A stretch of DNA of 64,000 nt, from contig CP181398.1 in assembly GCA_047946875.1 (NCBI GenBank), forward strand, positions 1,064,409-1,128,408, read 5' to 3'. The notes beneath the pieces are model-generated. The model was not told the DNA's origin and did not search any database. It was given only the letters and a program-made list of their open reading frames with translations. Shown in pieces: positions 48,128-57,336 of this stretch (position 1 is its first letter; each line of letters starts with the position of its first letter). A program made the position numbers and the translations under genes. Source of the stretch: Candidatus Kerfeldbacteria bacterium (GTDB lineage Bacteria > Patescibacteriota > Patescibacteriia > UBA10025 > JAHIVO01).

Positions 48128-49267
48128 ATGGAAAGAACACCTACACAACAAGCAATAGATTTGTTTGGCAAAAGTAACAATATTGTAATAGTTTTGCCTA
48201 ACAATCCAACGACTGATGCCGTATCATCAGGATTGGGTCTTTTTTTAACCCTTGAAAAAATGGGGAAAAAAGTAAAAGTTGTTTGTAGTGAATTTGATTT
48301 ACCACCCCAACATAATTTTTTACCAAAAAGTAAAGAAATTCATTCAGATCTAACGGCATTAAGGAAATTCATCATTACATTAGACGTATCAAGAACAAAA
48401 GTGCAAGAATTAAGCTATGATATAAGCAATAATAAAAAATTAGATATTTTTATTACACCTAAAGATGGTTTTTTTGAAGCAAGAGATGTGACGACCTCAG
48501 CATCTTCCTATGAGTATGATGCTATTATAGTCATTGATACACCCACGTTAGAAGGAGTTGGAAAAATATATGATAATAATACTGAATTTTTTTATAACAC
48601 CCCAATAATTAATATTGATCATAATCCTGCAAACGAACATTTTGGCGAAATAAATGTAATAGATTTGGTAGCTACTTCAACATCCGAAATAATTTTTGAA
48701 CTTATTAAACAATTAGATCCAGCGCTGGATGAATATGTTGCTACAAGTTTATTAACTGGTATTATTTCAAAAACTAAAAGCTTCCAAAGTACTACCGTTA
48801 CTCCAAGGTCTTTAGCTATAAGTAGTCACCTTATTGAAAATGGTGCAAGACGGGATGATATTATTAAGAATTTATATCGAACAAAATCAATAAACACTTT
48901 AAAATTATGGGGAAGAGCTTTGGCAAGACTTAAGACAGATTTAAATGGAAGAATTGTTTGGTCATTACTAAATAAGCAAGATTTTGATAAATCAAATTCA
49001 AAAGAAGAAAATTTAGAAGGGGTAATTGATGAATTAATAATTAATACACCAGATGCAGAGATAGTTGTAATATTTTATGAATATAATAATAATATTAAAG
49101 TAATAGTAAACACTTTAAAATCGATCAATGGTTTTAATTTATTTAAGAAATTTAATCCAACAGGAACAAAGAATTTTACAAAATTTTCAATTAACAACAA
49201 AGAGCTATTGGATGTTGAGAAGATAGTTCTGACTGTAGTGAAGGATTTTTTAACACAACAAGTCTAA
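48128..49267 (+). CDS. DHH-family phosphoesterase-like protein (NrnA-like; motif III reads DHN)
   Basis: N-terminal …TDAVSSGLGLFLTLEKMGKKVKVV and INIDHNPANEHFG. The motifs are degenerate, so it is possibly a divergent enzyme. Confidence 0.5.
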   Translation: MERTPTQQAIDLFGKSNNIVIVLPNNPTTDAVSSGLGLFLTLEKMGKKVKVVCSEFDLPPQHNFLPKSKEIHSDLTALRKFIITLDVSRTKVQELSYDISNNKKLDIFITPKDGFFEARDVTTSASSYEYDAIIVIDTPTLEGVGKIYDNNTEFFYNTPIINIDHNPANEHFGEINVIDLVATSTSEIIFELIKQLDPALDEYVATSLLTGIISKTKSFQSTTVTPRSLAISSHLIENGARRDDIIKNLYRTKSINTLKLWGRALARLKTDLNGRIVWSLLNKQDFDKSNSKEENLEGVIDELIINTPDAEIVVIFYEYNNNIKVIVNTLKSINGFNLFKKFNPTGTKNFTKFSINNKELLDVEKIVLTVVKDFLTQQV

Positions 49268-49330
49268 ATATAGTATAATGTTTTTTGGTCTATATTTACC
49301 TATATAGGTCTTTCTGGTATAATATTAATC

Positions 49331-51130
49331 ATGGATGATAATTTAATTTCAAAAAATGATAGTAGTATTGATGATTTGATTAGTCAGTCACAAGCTTCGA
49401 ATAAAAAAATATCAATAACTTCGGATGAAGTTTCGGATAAACTAGATACTAAAATTAAAGAAATTGCTTCAAAGAAAATTGAACAAGCTGCCCGAAATGA
49501 GGCAGCTGAACTTGGGTTTGACCATATTGCGTTGAAGGGTTTTCCAATAATTCCCGAAGCATTAATATCAATTGAAGAAGTTGAAGCAAAAAGTTTAAAA
49601 GCTGTATGTTTTTTCAAAACAGATACAGAGTTTAGAGTTGGCGCGGTAGATCCAACAGATTTACAAATTGAAAAACTCAAAGAACGTTTAACAGAAGAAT
49701 TTAGATCTAACGGTAAAATTTATAAAATATCTCAACAAAGTCTTGATGCGGCATTAGAGCTTTATAAAACAATGCCTAAACCTAGAAAATATATAGCTGG
49801 GATAGAAATTTCTGCTGAAGAATTTAATAAATATAAAGGTAGTATTAAGTCTTTTAAAGATATTGCTGAAAAAGTACAACATGTAACCGCCACTGAGGTT
49901 TTAACAGTGTTATTATCTGGAGCTATTCAAGTAAATAGTTCGGATGTTCATATAGAAGCAGAACAAGATGATATAAAAGTTCGTTATCGTATTGATGGAG
50001 TTTTATATGATGTTGCTACTTTACCAAAAAAAGAATGGTCAAAAATTATTAGTAGAGTTAAATTGGTAGCAAAACTTAAAATTAATATAAATGATATACC
50101 ACAAGATGGTAGATTTACAATTTATCTGAAAGATGAGTATGTTGATGTTCGTGTGTCTACGGTTCCAAGTGCTTATGGCGAGAGTGTTGTTATGCGTCTT
50201 TTGATGTCATCAGCGGTTGGATTAGATCTTGAAAATATCGGTTTAGTTGGTCTTGCTTATGATATTATGAAACAAGAAATGACTAAACCAAATGGTATGA
50301 TATTAACTACTGGACCGACTGGTTCTGGTAAATCTAGTACTCTTTATGCAATTTTAAAGAAAATAAATAATCCAGAAAGTAAAATAATTACACTGGAAAA
50401 TCCAATTGAATATAGGTTAGAAGGGATAACGCAAAGTCAAGTAGAAAGTGATGGGGGTGGTGATGGAGAACAATCAGATTTAAAAAAGTTATTAACTGGC
50501 GGAGGCGGTAGAAAACATTTTACCTACGCAAGTGGGTTAAGAGCGGTTTTACGTCAAGATCCTGATATTGTTATGGTTGGAGAAATTCGTGACCATGAGA
50601 CAGCTGAGATAGCTACACAAGCAGCTTTAACTGGACACTTAATGCTTTCTACATTACACACTAATAGTGCTGCTGGAGCTATCCCTCGTTTGATATCAAT
50701 GGAAATAAAACCATTTTTATTAGCACCATCTCTCAATGTGATTATTGGTCAAAGGCTTGTTAGAAAAATATGTCAGGATTGTAAAGAGAAATATGTACCA
50801 GAACCAGAAGATTTAAAAAAAGTAAAAGAGGTTATTCTTTCTTTAGCTGAAGATAAAAGAAAAGATATTGATACAGATAATTTAGAATTTTATCGGGGCA
50901 AAGGATGTGAGGCATGTAGTAGTTTAGGATTTAAGGGTCGAATTGGAGTATTCGAAATATTAACGATGAATAAAGAAATTGAAGAATTGATTTTGACAGG
51001 CAAAGTGTCGGAATATCAAATTGAGGAAATTGCAAAAAGAAGTGGAATGATAACTATGCTTCAAGACGGGATGTTGAAAGCAATCAAAGGAATAACCACC
51101 CCAGAAGAAGTAATAAAAGGAATTGGGTAA
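49331..51130 (+). CDS. pilB: Type II/IV secretion-system ATPase (PilB/GspE family)
   Basis: Walker A LTTGPTGSGKSS, Asp box RQDPDIVMVGEIRD, His box. C-terminal tetra-Cys CQDC…CEAC. N-terminal T2SSE_N-like domain. A Gly-rich insert ESDGGGDGEQSDLKKLLTGGGGRKH precedes the Asp box. Confidence 0.9.
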   Translation: MDDNLISKNDSSIDDLISQSQASNKKISITSDEVSDKLDTKIKEIASKKIEQAARNEAAELGFDHIALKGFPIIPEALISIEEVEAKSLKAVCFFKTDTEFRVGAVDPTDLQIEKLKERLTEEFRSNGKIYKISQQSLDAALELYKTMPKPRKYIAGIEISAEEFNKYKGSIKSFKDIAEKVQHVTATEVLTVLLSGAIQVNSSDVHIEAEQDDIKVRYRIDGVLYDVATLPKKEWSKIISRVKLVAKLKININDIPQDGRFTIYLKDEYVDVRVSTVPSAYGESVVMRLLMSSAVGLDLENIGLVGLAYDIMKQEMTKPNGMILTTGPTGSGKSSTLYAILKKINNPESKIITLENPIEYRLEGITQSQVESDGGGDGEQSDLKKLLTGGGGRKHFTYASGLRAVLRQDPDIVMVGEIRDHETAEIATQAALTGHLMLSTLHTNSAAGAIPRLISMEIKPFLLAPSLNVIIGQRLVRKICQDCKEKYVPEPEDLKKVKEVILSLAEDKRKDIDTDNLEFYRGKGCEACSSLGFKGRIGVFEILTMNKEIEELILTGKVSEYQIEEIAKRSGMITMLQDGMLKAIKGITTPEEVIKGIG

Positions 51131-51134
51131 TAAA

Positions 51135-51172
51135 AAAATAGATTATAATTAATTATTAATCTATTTTTTGTG
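51135..51172. terminator. AT-rich bidirectional hairpin between convergent pilB and valS
   Basis: AATAGATTA-11nt-TAATCTATT, flanked by A7 and T6. Confidence 0.45.
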
Positions 51173-53695
51173 TTATATTAGTTTTTTTAATTTTTCCTGT
51201 TGTTCTTTGAGTTTTTCTCTTTCTTTTTCAATAATATTATTTGGTGCATGGGCAACAAAATTTTTATTAGAAAGTTTATTTTCAATTGTTTGGATATATT
51301 TTGATATATTTTGGATTTCTTTGTTTATTACAGACTCGTCTTGTTCATAGTTAATATAATAATCAAGGCCAGGTAGAGTTCCTGTTGTGTCTGTACTTTT
51401 TTTATTTATAATGGATTTAATTTTACTTAATTTTTGTATAATAACTAGATTTTTATCTATGGTTTTAGATTTTTTACCCCAATAAAATACATTAAGTTTA
51501 GTTTTTGGGGAGATATTATTTTCTGCTAAAAAATTTCTTAGATTAGTGATAAATTTTTTAGTAAATTCAAATTCTGTTTCTGCTGAATTATTTATTAAAG
51601 TTTTGTCTTGTTGTGGCCAGTCTTGGATAATTAACATTTGTTCTTTTTTTGTACCAATCCAACGTGACCATATCTCTTCAGTAATAAAAGGAATAAAAGG
51701 ATGGGATAATTTTAGAATATTTTCTAATACATAATATAAAAGTGGGATATTTTTTTCTTCTTTTGAAATTTCTATATACCAATCAGCAAAGTCAGACCAC
51801 AAAAAATCATAAATTTTTGTACCTGCTTCAGAAAATTTCATATCTTCTAAATTTGTTGTTGTTTCTTTAATTAACCACTGAAGTTTACTTAGAATCCATT
51901 GATCAGAAATGGATACAGGTTTAACTTTTGTCTTTTTAGGGTATGGATTGGTGAATATGTATCTTGAAACATTCCAAAGTTTATTAATATAATTTCGGAA
52001 ACCCGCAATTTTTTCTTCAAAAATTCTAAAGTCTTGACCCACAGAAGTACCTAATGTTAAGGACAATCTGATAGCATCAGTCCCGTATTTTTTAGTCATT
52101 GGGATCGGATCAATACCAGTACCTTTTGATTTAGACATTTTTTTACCATCTTTGTCTAAAACAAGTCCGTGTAGGTATACTTTTTCGAATGGAATTTCTT
52201 TTGTAAAATATAAGCTCATCATTACCATCCTAGCAATCCAAAAAAATAGAATATCCCAACCAGTCTCCATTACCGAAGTTGGGTGAAAAGTTTTTAAATC
52301 TTTAGTTTTTTTAGGCCATCCTAATGTAGAAAAAGTCCAAAGGCCAGAAGAGAACCAAGTATCTAATGTATCAGTATCTTGTACCCAGCCTTTGCCGGAC
52401 GGTTTTGTAACGGAAGCTTTTACTTTATCACCATTATACCAGATTGGTATTGGGTGTCCCCACCATAATTGGCGAGAAATACACCAATCTTTAATATTTT
52501 CCATCCAGTAAAAATATACTTTCTCTTCACGTTTTGGATATATTTTTATCTTTCCATTTTTAACAACCTCAATTGCCTTTTTTGCTAGTGGTTTTGTTTT
52601 GATAAACCATTGTTTTGATATCAGGGGTTCGATTGGTGCTTTACACCTTTCACAACGAGAAACATTGTGTTCGTATATTTTAGTTTTGATTAATAACCCC
52701 TCTGCTTCTAATAATTCTAAAATATCATGTCTAGCTTGTTGGACACTAAGACCATAAAAAACTCCAGCCTCTTTAGTCATTTTGTTGTCTTGTCCAATTA
52801 CATTAATAATTTTAAGTTTATGTTTTTCTCCTAATTCATAATCGAAATGATCATGAGCAGGAGTAACTTTAACAGCGCCAGTTCCGAATTTCATATCTAC
52901 TTGTTTGTCTGTGATAATAGGAATTTCACGATTTGTGATAGGTAAAATTATCTTTTGGCCGAGGTATTTTTTGTATCTCTTGTCGTCTGGATTTACGGCT
53001 ACAGCAGTATCCCCCAACATAGTTTCTGGCCTAGTAGTTGCAACAGTTATATATTTTGTACTACCCGCTAATGGATAGCGCAAATACCAAAGTTTACCAG
53101 TAGTAGCCTGATGTATTACTTCTAAGTCTGAGAGGGCAGATGAACATCTAGGACACCAATTAATAATTCTATCACCATGGTATATCAGTCCGTCGTTATA
53201 CATTTTGATAAAGGCAGTTTGGACAGCGACAGTCATTGTTTCGTCCATTGTGAAATGTTCGCGTGACCAATCACATGAAGTGCCAAGTTGTCTTATTTGT
53301 TTAGTAATACGACTACCATATTGTTTTTTCCAAGCCCATACTTTTTTTACAAACTTATCTCTTCCTAACGTATGACGATCAAGACCACTTTTTTTAATTA
53401 GTTTTTCTACCATTACTTGCGTACCGATACCAGCATGATCAGTGCCAGGAATATATAAAACTTTTTCTCCTTGCATACGATGATATCGAGCCATAATATC
53501 TTCCATGGTCATTCCGGTTGCATGCCCTAAGTGGAGTTCTCCTGTAACGTTTGGTGGGGGCATAGCAATACTAAAAGATTTGGTTCTTTTACCTGGTAGA
53601 TTATCTGGATTAAAATACCCTGATTTTTCCCATTTGGAATAAATTTGTGATTCAACGTTATTTGGTTGGTATGCTTTGGATAATTCTTCGGTCAT
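51173..53695 (-). CDS. valS: Valyl-tRNA synthetase
   Basis: PNVTGELHLGHA (HIGH) and KMSKSKG. C-terminal coiled coil. Confidence 0.95.
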   Translation of the reverse strand: MTEELSKAYQPNNVESQIYSKWEKSGYFNPDNLPGKRTKSFSIAMPPPNVTGELHLGHATGMTMEDIMARYHRMQGEKVLYIPGTDHAGIGTQVMVEKLIKKSGLDRHTLGRDKFVKKVWAWKKQYGSRITKQIRQLGTSCDWSREHFTMDETMTVAVQTAFIKMYNDGLIYHGDRIINWCPRCSSALSDLEVIHQATTGKLWYLRYPLAGSTKYITVATTRPETMLGDTAVAVNPDDKRYKKYLGQKIILPITNREIPIITDKQVDMKFGTGAVKVTPAHDHFDYELGEKHKLKIINVIGQDNKMTKEAGVFYGLSVQQARHDILELLEAEGLLIKTKIYEHNVSRCERCKAPIEPLISKQWFIKTKPLAKKAIEVVKNGKIKIYPKREEKVYFYWMENIKDWCISRQLWWGHPIPIWYNGDKVKASVTKPSGKGWVQDTDTLDTWFSSGLWTFSTLGWPKKTKDLKTFHPTSVMETGWDILFFWIARMVMMSLYFTKEIPFEKVYLHGLVLDKDGKKMSKSKGTGIDPIPMTKKYGTDAIRLSLTLGTSVGQDFRIFEEKIAGFRNYINKLWNVSRYIFTNPYPKKTKVKPVSISDQWILSKLQWLIKETTTNLEDMKFSEAGTKIYDFLWSDFADWYIEISKEEKNIPLLYYVLENILKLSHPFIPFITEEIWSRWIGTKKEQMLIIQDWPQQDKTLINNSAETEFEFTKKFITNLRNFLAENNISPKTKLNVFYWGKKSKTIDKNLVIIQKLSKIKSIINKKSTDTTGTLPGLDYYINYEQDESVINKEIQNISKYIQTIENKLSNKNFVAHAPNNIIEKEREKLKEQQEKLKKLI

Positions 53696-53783
53696 AAAAA
53701 TATAGTTGACTAAATCTCAAAAAAGAGTTAATTTGCAGTAATATTGTACCATTTGTTCATTTATATTAGAAGAGAGGAAAAGA

Positions 53784-54224
53784 ATGATAAAAGAGTTTAA
53801 AGATAGTTTTGCACAAAATCAACCTATCTCATGGCCTTTGTATATATTTTTTGGCTATATATTATTGCCTATGGCTTGTTCTCTGAGTTTAATGTTAATG
53901 TTGCGACTATTCGGCAACATGCGATTTAATCAGTTTAGTTGGGATATGGTATTATGTAGCGTAATAGGATCAACTATAGGTATATGTATTTCATCAATTA
54001 TTTTGCTAGATAAAAGAAGAAAAGCAAATAAAGAGACGATTATATCTATATTGAGTGATTTGAATATTGAATGTAGCAAGAAATACAAATTTTGGTTTGA
54101 ATGTCCTGCCTGTGGTAAGGTTTGGGATCCTGATATTGCCCCGGCAAATAATTTATGCCCAATAGATTTTATTCCTTTAAAAAAGATTGACCCAGTAGAA
54201 AGGGATCAGTTCGAAGATTTATAA
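53784..54224 (+). CDS. Hypothetical membrane protein with C-terminal Cys pair (ECPACG…CP)
   Basis: Two TM segments. No family recognised. Confidence 0.4.
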   Translation: MIKEFKDSFAQNQPISWPLYIFFGYILLPMACSLSLMLMLRLFGNMRFNQFSWDMVLCSVIGSTIGICISSIILLDKRRKANKETIISILSDLNIECSKKYKFWFECPACGKVWDPDIAPANNLCPIDFIPLKKIDPVERDQFEDL

Positions 54225-54246
54225 GTCTTGTTACAATATGTAATAG

Positions 54247-54498
54247 GGCTTTTTATTTTACTAATTCCCAATTTGGATCAGCATCGAGTTTTTTCCAATC
54301 AGAAAAATCTTTTTGTTTTGCATGGTGATATCCAGCGATGGCAATCATCGTGGCATTATCAGTACAAAGCTTGAGAGGAGGATAGTGATACTTAGTATTA
54401 GGGAGTTCTTTGGTGACAGCTTGTCCTAGTTGTTCTCGTAGAGGTTTGTTTGCCGCTACACCACCAGCCAGGAGGACTGTTTTAATTTTAAGTTTTTT
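54247..54498 (-). pseudogene. Orphan duplicate of the 3' end (last ~75 codons plus stop) of tsaD; left arm of a perfect ~250-bp direct repeat
   Basis: 54251-54497 is base-for-base identical to 55768-56014 as far as I can read. That stretch is the C-terminus of tsaD, …PLKLCTDNATMIAIAGYHHAKQKDFSDWKKLDADPNWELVK*. Confidence 0.8.
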
Positions 54499-54690
54499 TT
54501 CTGTTTTGCGATGTCTGAAATTTTTCTTTGACTATTTTTTTGTATTCATAAATTATAGTATACTGAAAAAATACACTAAGAACATGTTATTGAGGTTTTA
54601 TTGGATTTTAAGTATATGGTAGACTTAATAATATTAACGCAAATATATTTAGTATAAAATATATATTTATTGCAAAGTAAAAGAAAAAGT

Positions 54691-55713
54691 ATGAACGATT
54701 TATCAAAAATAAATATTGATTATAAAACTACCCGCAATACTTCAAATAAGCCAATATTTCATACGGCGTCTTTAGATGATACTCTAACAAAATTTTCGTA
54801 TGAAGCTAAATTATTAAAAAATGGTCAAAACGAACTAGATGATTTTATTAAAAATGGGGGGCTTGAAAATTTCAAAAGAATATTTATTATTATTAAAAAA
54901 ATTCTTAAATTATCACCTTTAAGATTAGGTGTATATTTAGTTAATAGACATGCTTTAAAAAATGTATATATAGACGCTTTAAAATTAATCCAAGAAGTAT
55001 TAGAAGTATTAAGTATTAAATTACAAAATAATAAAATTAGGATAGTAAATAATTCTTGGAATTATCGGGAGGTAAAGAAAATGATTAGTTTTGGAGAATA
55101 TGTTGCATGGTATCTCCAGGCACTTGATAATATGTATACAATAGAGATGTTATCAAGTTATTATTATTCAATAGTTGGTAAGAATAGTAATGTTACTTCA
55201 AGATTTTTTAATTTATTTTTTCGATTTCCTGAAAAGATAATTAGAAAATTGTTTGGTATGAGTTATATAGCACATAGATCAGAATCACGATTTGAAAAAA
55301 AATTTAGACTGGTAACAGGAAGAGCTAATAAATTATTATTTAAATCATTATCTAATAGAATAAATGAAGAAGAAATATTACTAAATTTTAAGAAGCATGT
55401 TCAAAGATTAAAAGTTAAAAATGAGATTATTCAATTTACTTTGGAAAAACCATGGAGAGCTAGAAGAATGCTATCAAGGGGATTTGCAATAATTTCTGTT
55501 TCTATTGCTTTGGTACAACAATTTATATATAAAGGAGATTTTATTGTTTTAATGGAAATATTATTTTCAGGATTGGCAATTGTGTTAGTGATAAATTGGG
55601 TACCATATTTTATTAAAGTGGGGGTTGATAAGTTTGCCTATAAAAATCTCAAGTCAATAAATCATTCGAGAAAAAAAATTGAATTATATTTTACTATTAA
55701 AAAGAAATTCTAA
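54691..55713 (+). CDS. Hypothetical AT-rich protein with C-terminal two-helix membrane module; cargo of the insert between the tsaD repeats
   Basis: ATG 54691 (MNDLSKINIDYK). About 250 aa of soluble, Lys/Asn-rich N-domain. C-terminal GFAIISVSIALVQQFIY and FIVLMEILFSGLAIVLVINWVPYFI helices. No homolog recognised. Confidence 0.55.
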   Translation: MNDLSKINIDYKTTRNTSNKPIFHTASLDDTLTKFSYEAKLLKNGQNELDDFIKNGGLENFKRIFIIIKKILKLSPLRLGVYLVNRHALKNVYIDALKLIQEVLEVLSIKLQNNKIRIVNNSWNYREVKKMISFGEYVAWYLQALDNMYTIEMLSSYYYSIVGKNSNVTSRFFNLFFRFPEKIIRKLFGMSYIAHRSESRFEKKFRLVTGRANKLLFKSLSNRINEEEILLNFKKHVQRLKVKNEIIQFTLEKPWRARRMLSRGFAIISVSIALVQQFIYKGDFIVLMEILFSGLAIVLVINWVPYFIKVGVDKFAYKNLKSINHSRKKIELYFTIKKKF

Positions 55714-55760
55714 AAACAAACCAAAACATTCGTTTTCCCTTCCGTTATGGTATATAAAGG

Positions 55761-56014
55761 GGGCGTTTTTATTTTACTAATTCCCAATTTGGATCAGCAT
55801 CGAGTTTTTTCCAATCAGAAAAATCTTTTTGTTTTGCATGGTGATATCCAGCGATGGCAATCATCGTGGCATTATCAGTACAAAGCTTGAGAGGAGGATA
55901 GTGATACTTAGTATTAGGGAGTTCTTTGGTGACAGCTTGTCCTAGTTGTTCTCGTAGAGGTTTGTTTGCCGCTACACCACCAGCCAGGAGGACTGTTTTA
56001 ATTTTAAGTTTTTT
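55761..56014. repeat. Right arm of the ~250-bp direct repeat (within intact tsaD 3' end)
   Basis: See the 54247..54498 feature. Identity starts at the tsaD stop codon region and ends about 82 codons upstream of the stop. Confidence 0.8.
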
Positions 56015-56791
56015 AGCAGCTTTGATAGTTTTTTTGACTAAGACGTCGACGGCAGCTTGTTGAAAGCTAGCAGCTATATTATCGACGGGGACGTTTTTAT
56101 TGTTAAATTGTTTTTTAACAAGATAAAGAACGGAGGTTTTCAGACCAGAAAAGCTAAAATCAAAATTATTTTGGTTTATCATTGGGCGCGGAAATTTATA
56201 ACTATAGGGATCACCCTTTTTAGCTATTTTTTGAATCATTGGACCGCCCGGATAGCCAAGTTCTAATAATTTTGCTACTTTATCAAAAGCTTCTCCAACC
56301 GCATCATCACGAGTTTGACCGATTAACTTATAATTATTATGTTTCTTTATTTCAATTAATTCTGTGTGACCTCCAGAGACAACTAAGCAAAGTGCTGGTA
56401 ATCTTAAATTTGGATTTTCATACCAATTAGCATAGATATGTCCTTCCATATGATTTAATCCTACAATTTTTTTGTTCCAGGTAACACTTAATGTTTTTGC
56501 AGTCTGTACTCCAACTCGAAGTGAGGTAATTAACCCAGGCCCTTTAGTTACCGTAATATTAGAAATATCTTTTGGTGTTATTTTTGCTTTTGTAAGAGCA
56601 GTTTCTAAGACGGGAATAATATTAACTACATGTTCTCTTGCGGCTACTTCTGGAACTACTCCGCCATATTTTTTATGAGTTTTGATCTGTGATGCTACAA
56701 CGTGTGACAGAATTTCAAAACGACCAGCCGTGGCCTTGACCACACTGATAGCTGTTTCATCACAAGAAGATTCAATTCCTAGAATTATCAT
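55769..56791 (-). CDS. tsaD: tRNA N6-adenosine threonylcarbamoyltransferase TsaD (Kae1/Gcp family)
   Basis: MIILGIESSCDETAISVV…. The metal-binding HxEGH region reads NHMEGHIY. Confidence 0.9.
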   Translation of the reverse strand: MIILGIESSCDETAISVVKATAGRFEILSHVVASQIKTHKKYGGVVPEVAAREHVVNIIPVLETALTKAKITPKDISNITVTKGPGLITSLRVGVQTAKTLSVTWNKKIVGLNHMEGHIYANWYENPNLRLPALCLVVSGGHTELIEIKKHNNYKLIGQTRDDAVGEAFDKVAKLLELGYPGGPMIQKIAKKGDPYSYKFPRPMINQNNFDFSFSGLKTSVLYLVKKQFNNKNVPVDNIAASFQQAAVDVLVKKTIKAAKKLKIKTVLLAGGVAANKPLREQLGQAVTKELPNTKYHYPPLKLCTDNATMIAIAGYHHAKQKDFSDWKKLDADPNWELVK

Positions 56792-56880
56792 ATTATTATT
56801 GTAACATAAAAGGGGCTTTTTTTATTTACTATTGACTCTCACCTATTAGCTTAATTCTACTCGTTCAAATCCTTTAGCTC

Positions 56881-56908
56881 AAAAAAGCTTATATATAGTT
56901 ATAAGCTT
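56881..56908 (-). terminator. Hairpin terminator downstream of tRNA-Glu (minus strand)
   Basis: AGCTTATA-loop-TATAAGCT, then T6 on the minus strand. Confidence 0.5.
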
Positions 56909-56929
56909 ATTTAGGTAATAAAAATGGAT

Positions 56930-57006
56930 TGGTAGCGCCAAGGGGATTCGAACCCCTGTTACCACATTGAAAGCGTGGTGTCCTGACCAAGCTAGACGAT
57001 GGCGCC
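56930..57006 (-). tRNA. tRNA-Glu (anticodon UUC), CCA encoded
   Basis: The reverse complement GGCGCCATCGTCTAGCTTGGTCAGGACACCACGCTTTCAATGTGGTAACAGGGGTTCGAATCCCCTTGGCGCTACCA folds as a cloverleaf. Anticodon loop CTTTCAA, T-loop TTCGAAT. Near-colinear with E. coli tRNA-Glu. Confidence 0.9.
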
Positions 57007-57017
57007 TTATATATTTA
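56994..57017. repeat. Left direct repeat AGACGATGGCGCCTTAT(atattta), covering the 5' end of the tRNA-Glu gene
   Basis: The 17-bp perfect core is repeated at 57313-57329, and about 20 of 21 bp match including the flank. Confidence 0.6.
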
Positions 57018-57312
57018 TTTACTCAATTAAGTTGTTTTAGTTGTTTACGAAGTAGCCCTGATTTTTTAATTTGTTGTTCCCTTTTACGAGTATCTGTTTT
57101 ATTCAAGAATTTTTCAATTTTAACTAATTTATAAGGTATATATGATTTTGATGAACTTACATTGCCATTATTATGCTCTTTGATTCTTCGATTAACATTA
57201 TTAGTACTCCCTATGTATAATCTACTATTTTTTATGCTTTTAAGAATATATACGTAATACATAATTATATTATTATCAAGCTTCCGGCATAGCCGGATCA
57301 GGCTCTGCCTGA
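57018..57312 (-). mobile_element. Mini-insertion carrying a GIY-YIG nuclease gene, bounded by ~20-bp direct repeats
   Basis: About 300 bp between the repeats. It contains only the 79-aa GIY-YIG ORF plus two short GC hairpins (CCGGC-ATA-GCCGG, TCAGGC-TCT-GCCTGA) in its 5' leader. Confidence 0.5.
57023..57262 (-). CDS. Small GIY-YIG-domain nuclease (UPF0213/YhbQ-like)
   Basis: YVYILKSIKNSRLYIGSTNNVNRRIKEHNNG matches GIY…YIG…R…E.H.G and is colinear with E. coli YhbQ ([30 protein letters not shown]). Confidence 0.8.
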   Translation of the reverse strand: MYYVYILKSIKNSRLYIGSTNNVNRRIKEHNNGNVSSSKSYIPYKLVKIEKFLNKTDTRKREQQIKKSGLLRKQLKQLN

Positions 57313-57336
57313 AGACGATGGCGCCTTATGTATATT
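57313..57336. repeat. Right direct repeat AGACGATGGCGCCTTAT(gtatatt)
   Basis: Partner of 56994..57017. Confidence 0.6.

Noticed and set aside
54410-54622. 70-aa ORF (MVTACPSCSRRGLFAATPPA…)
   Set aside because: It lies across the orphan tsaD 3' duplicate and reads it on the wrong strand. It is an artefact of the repeat.
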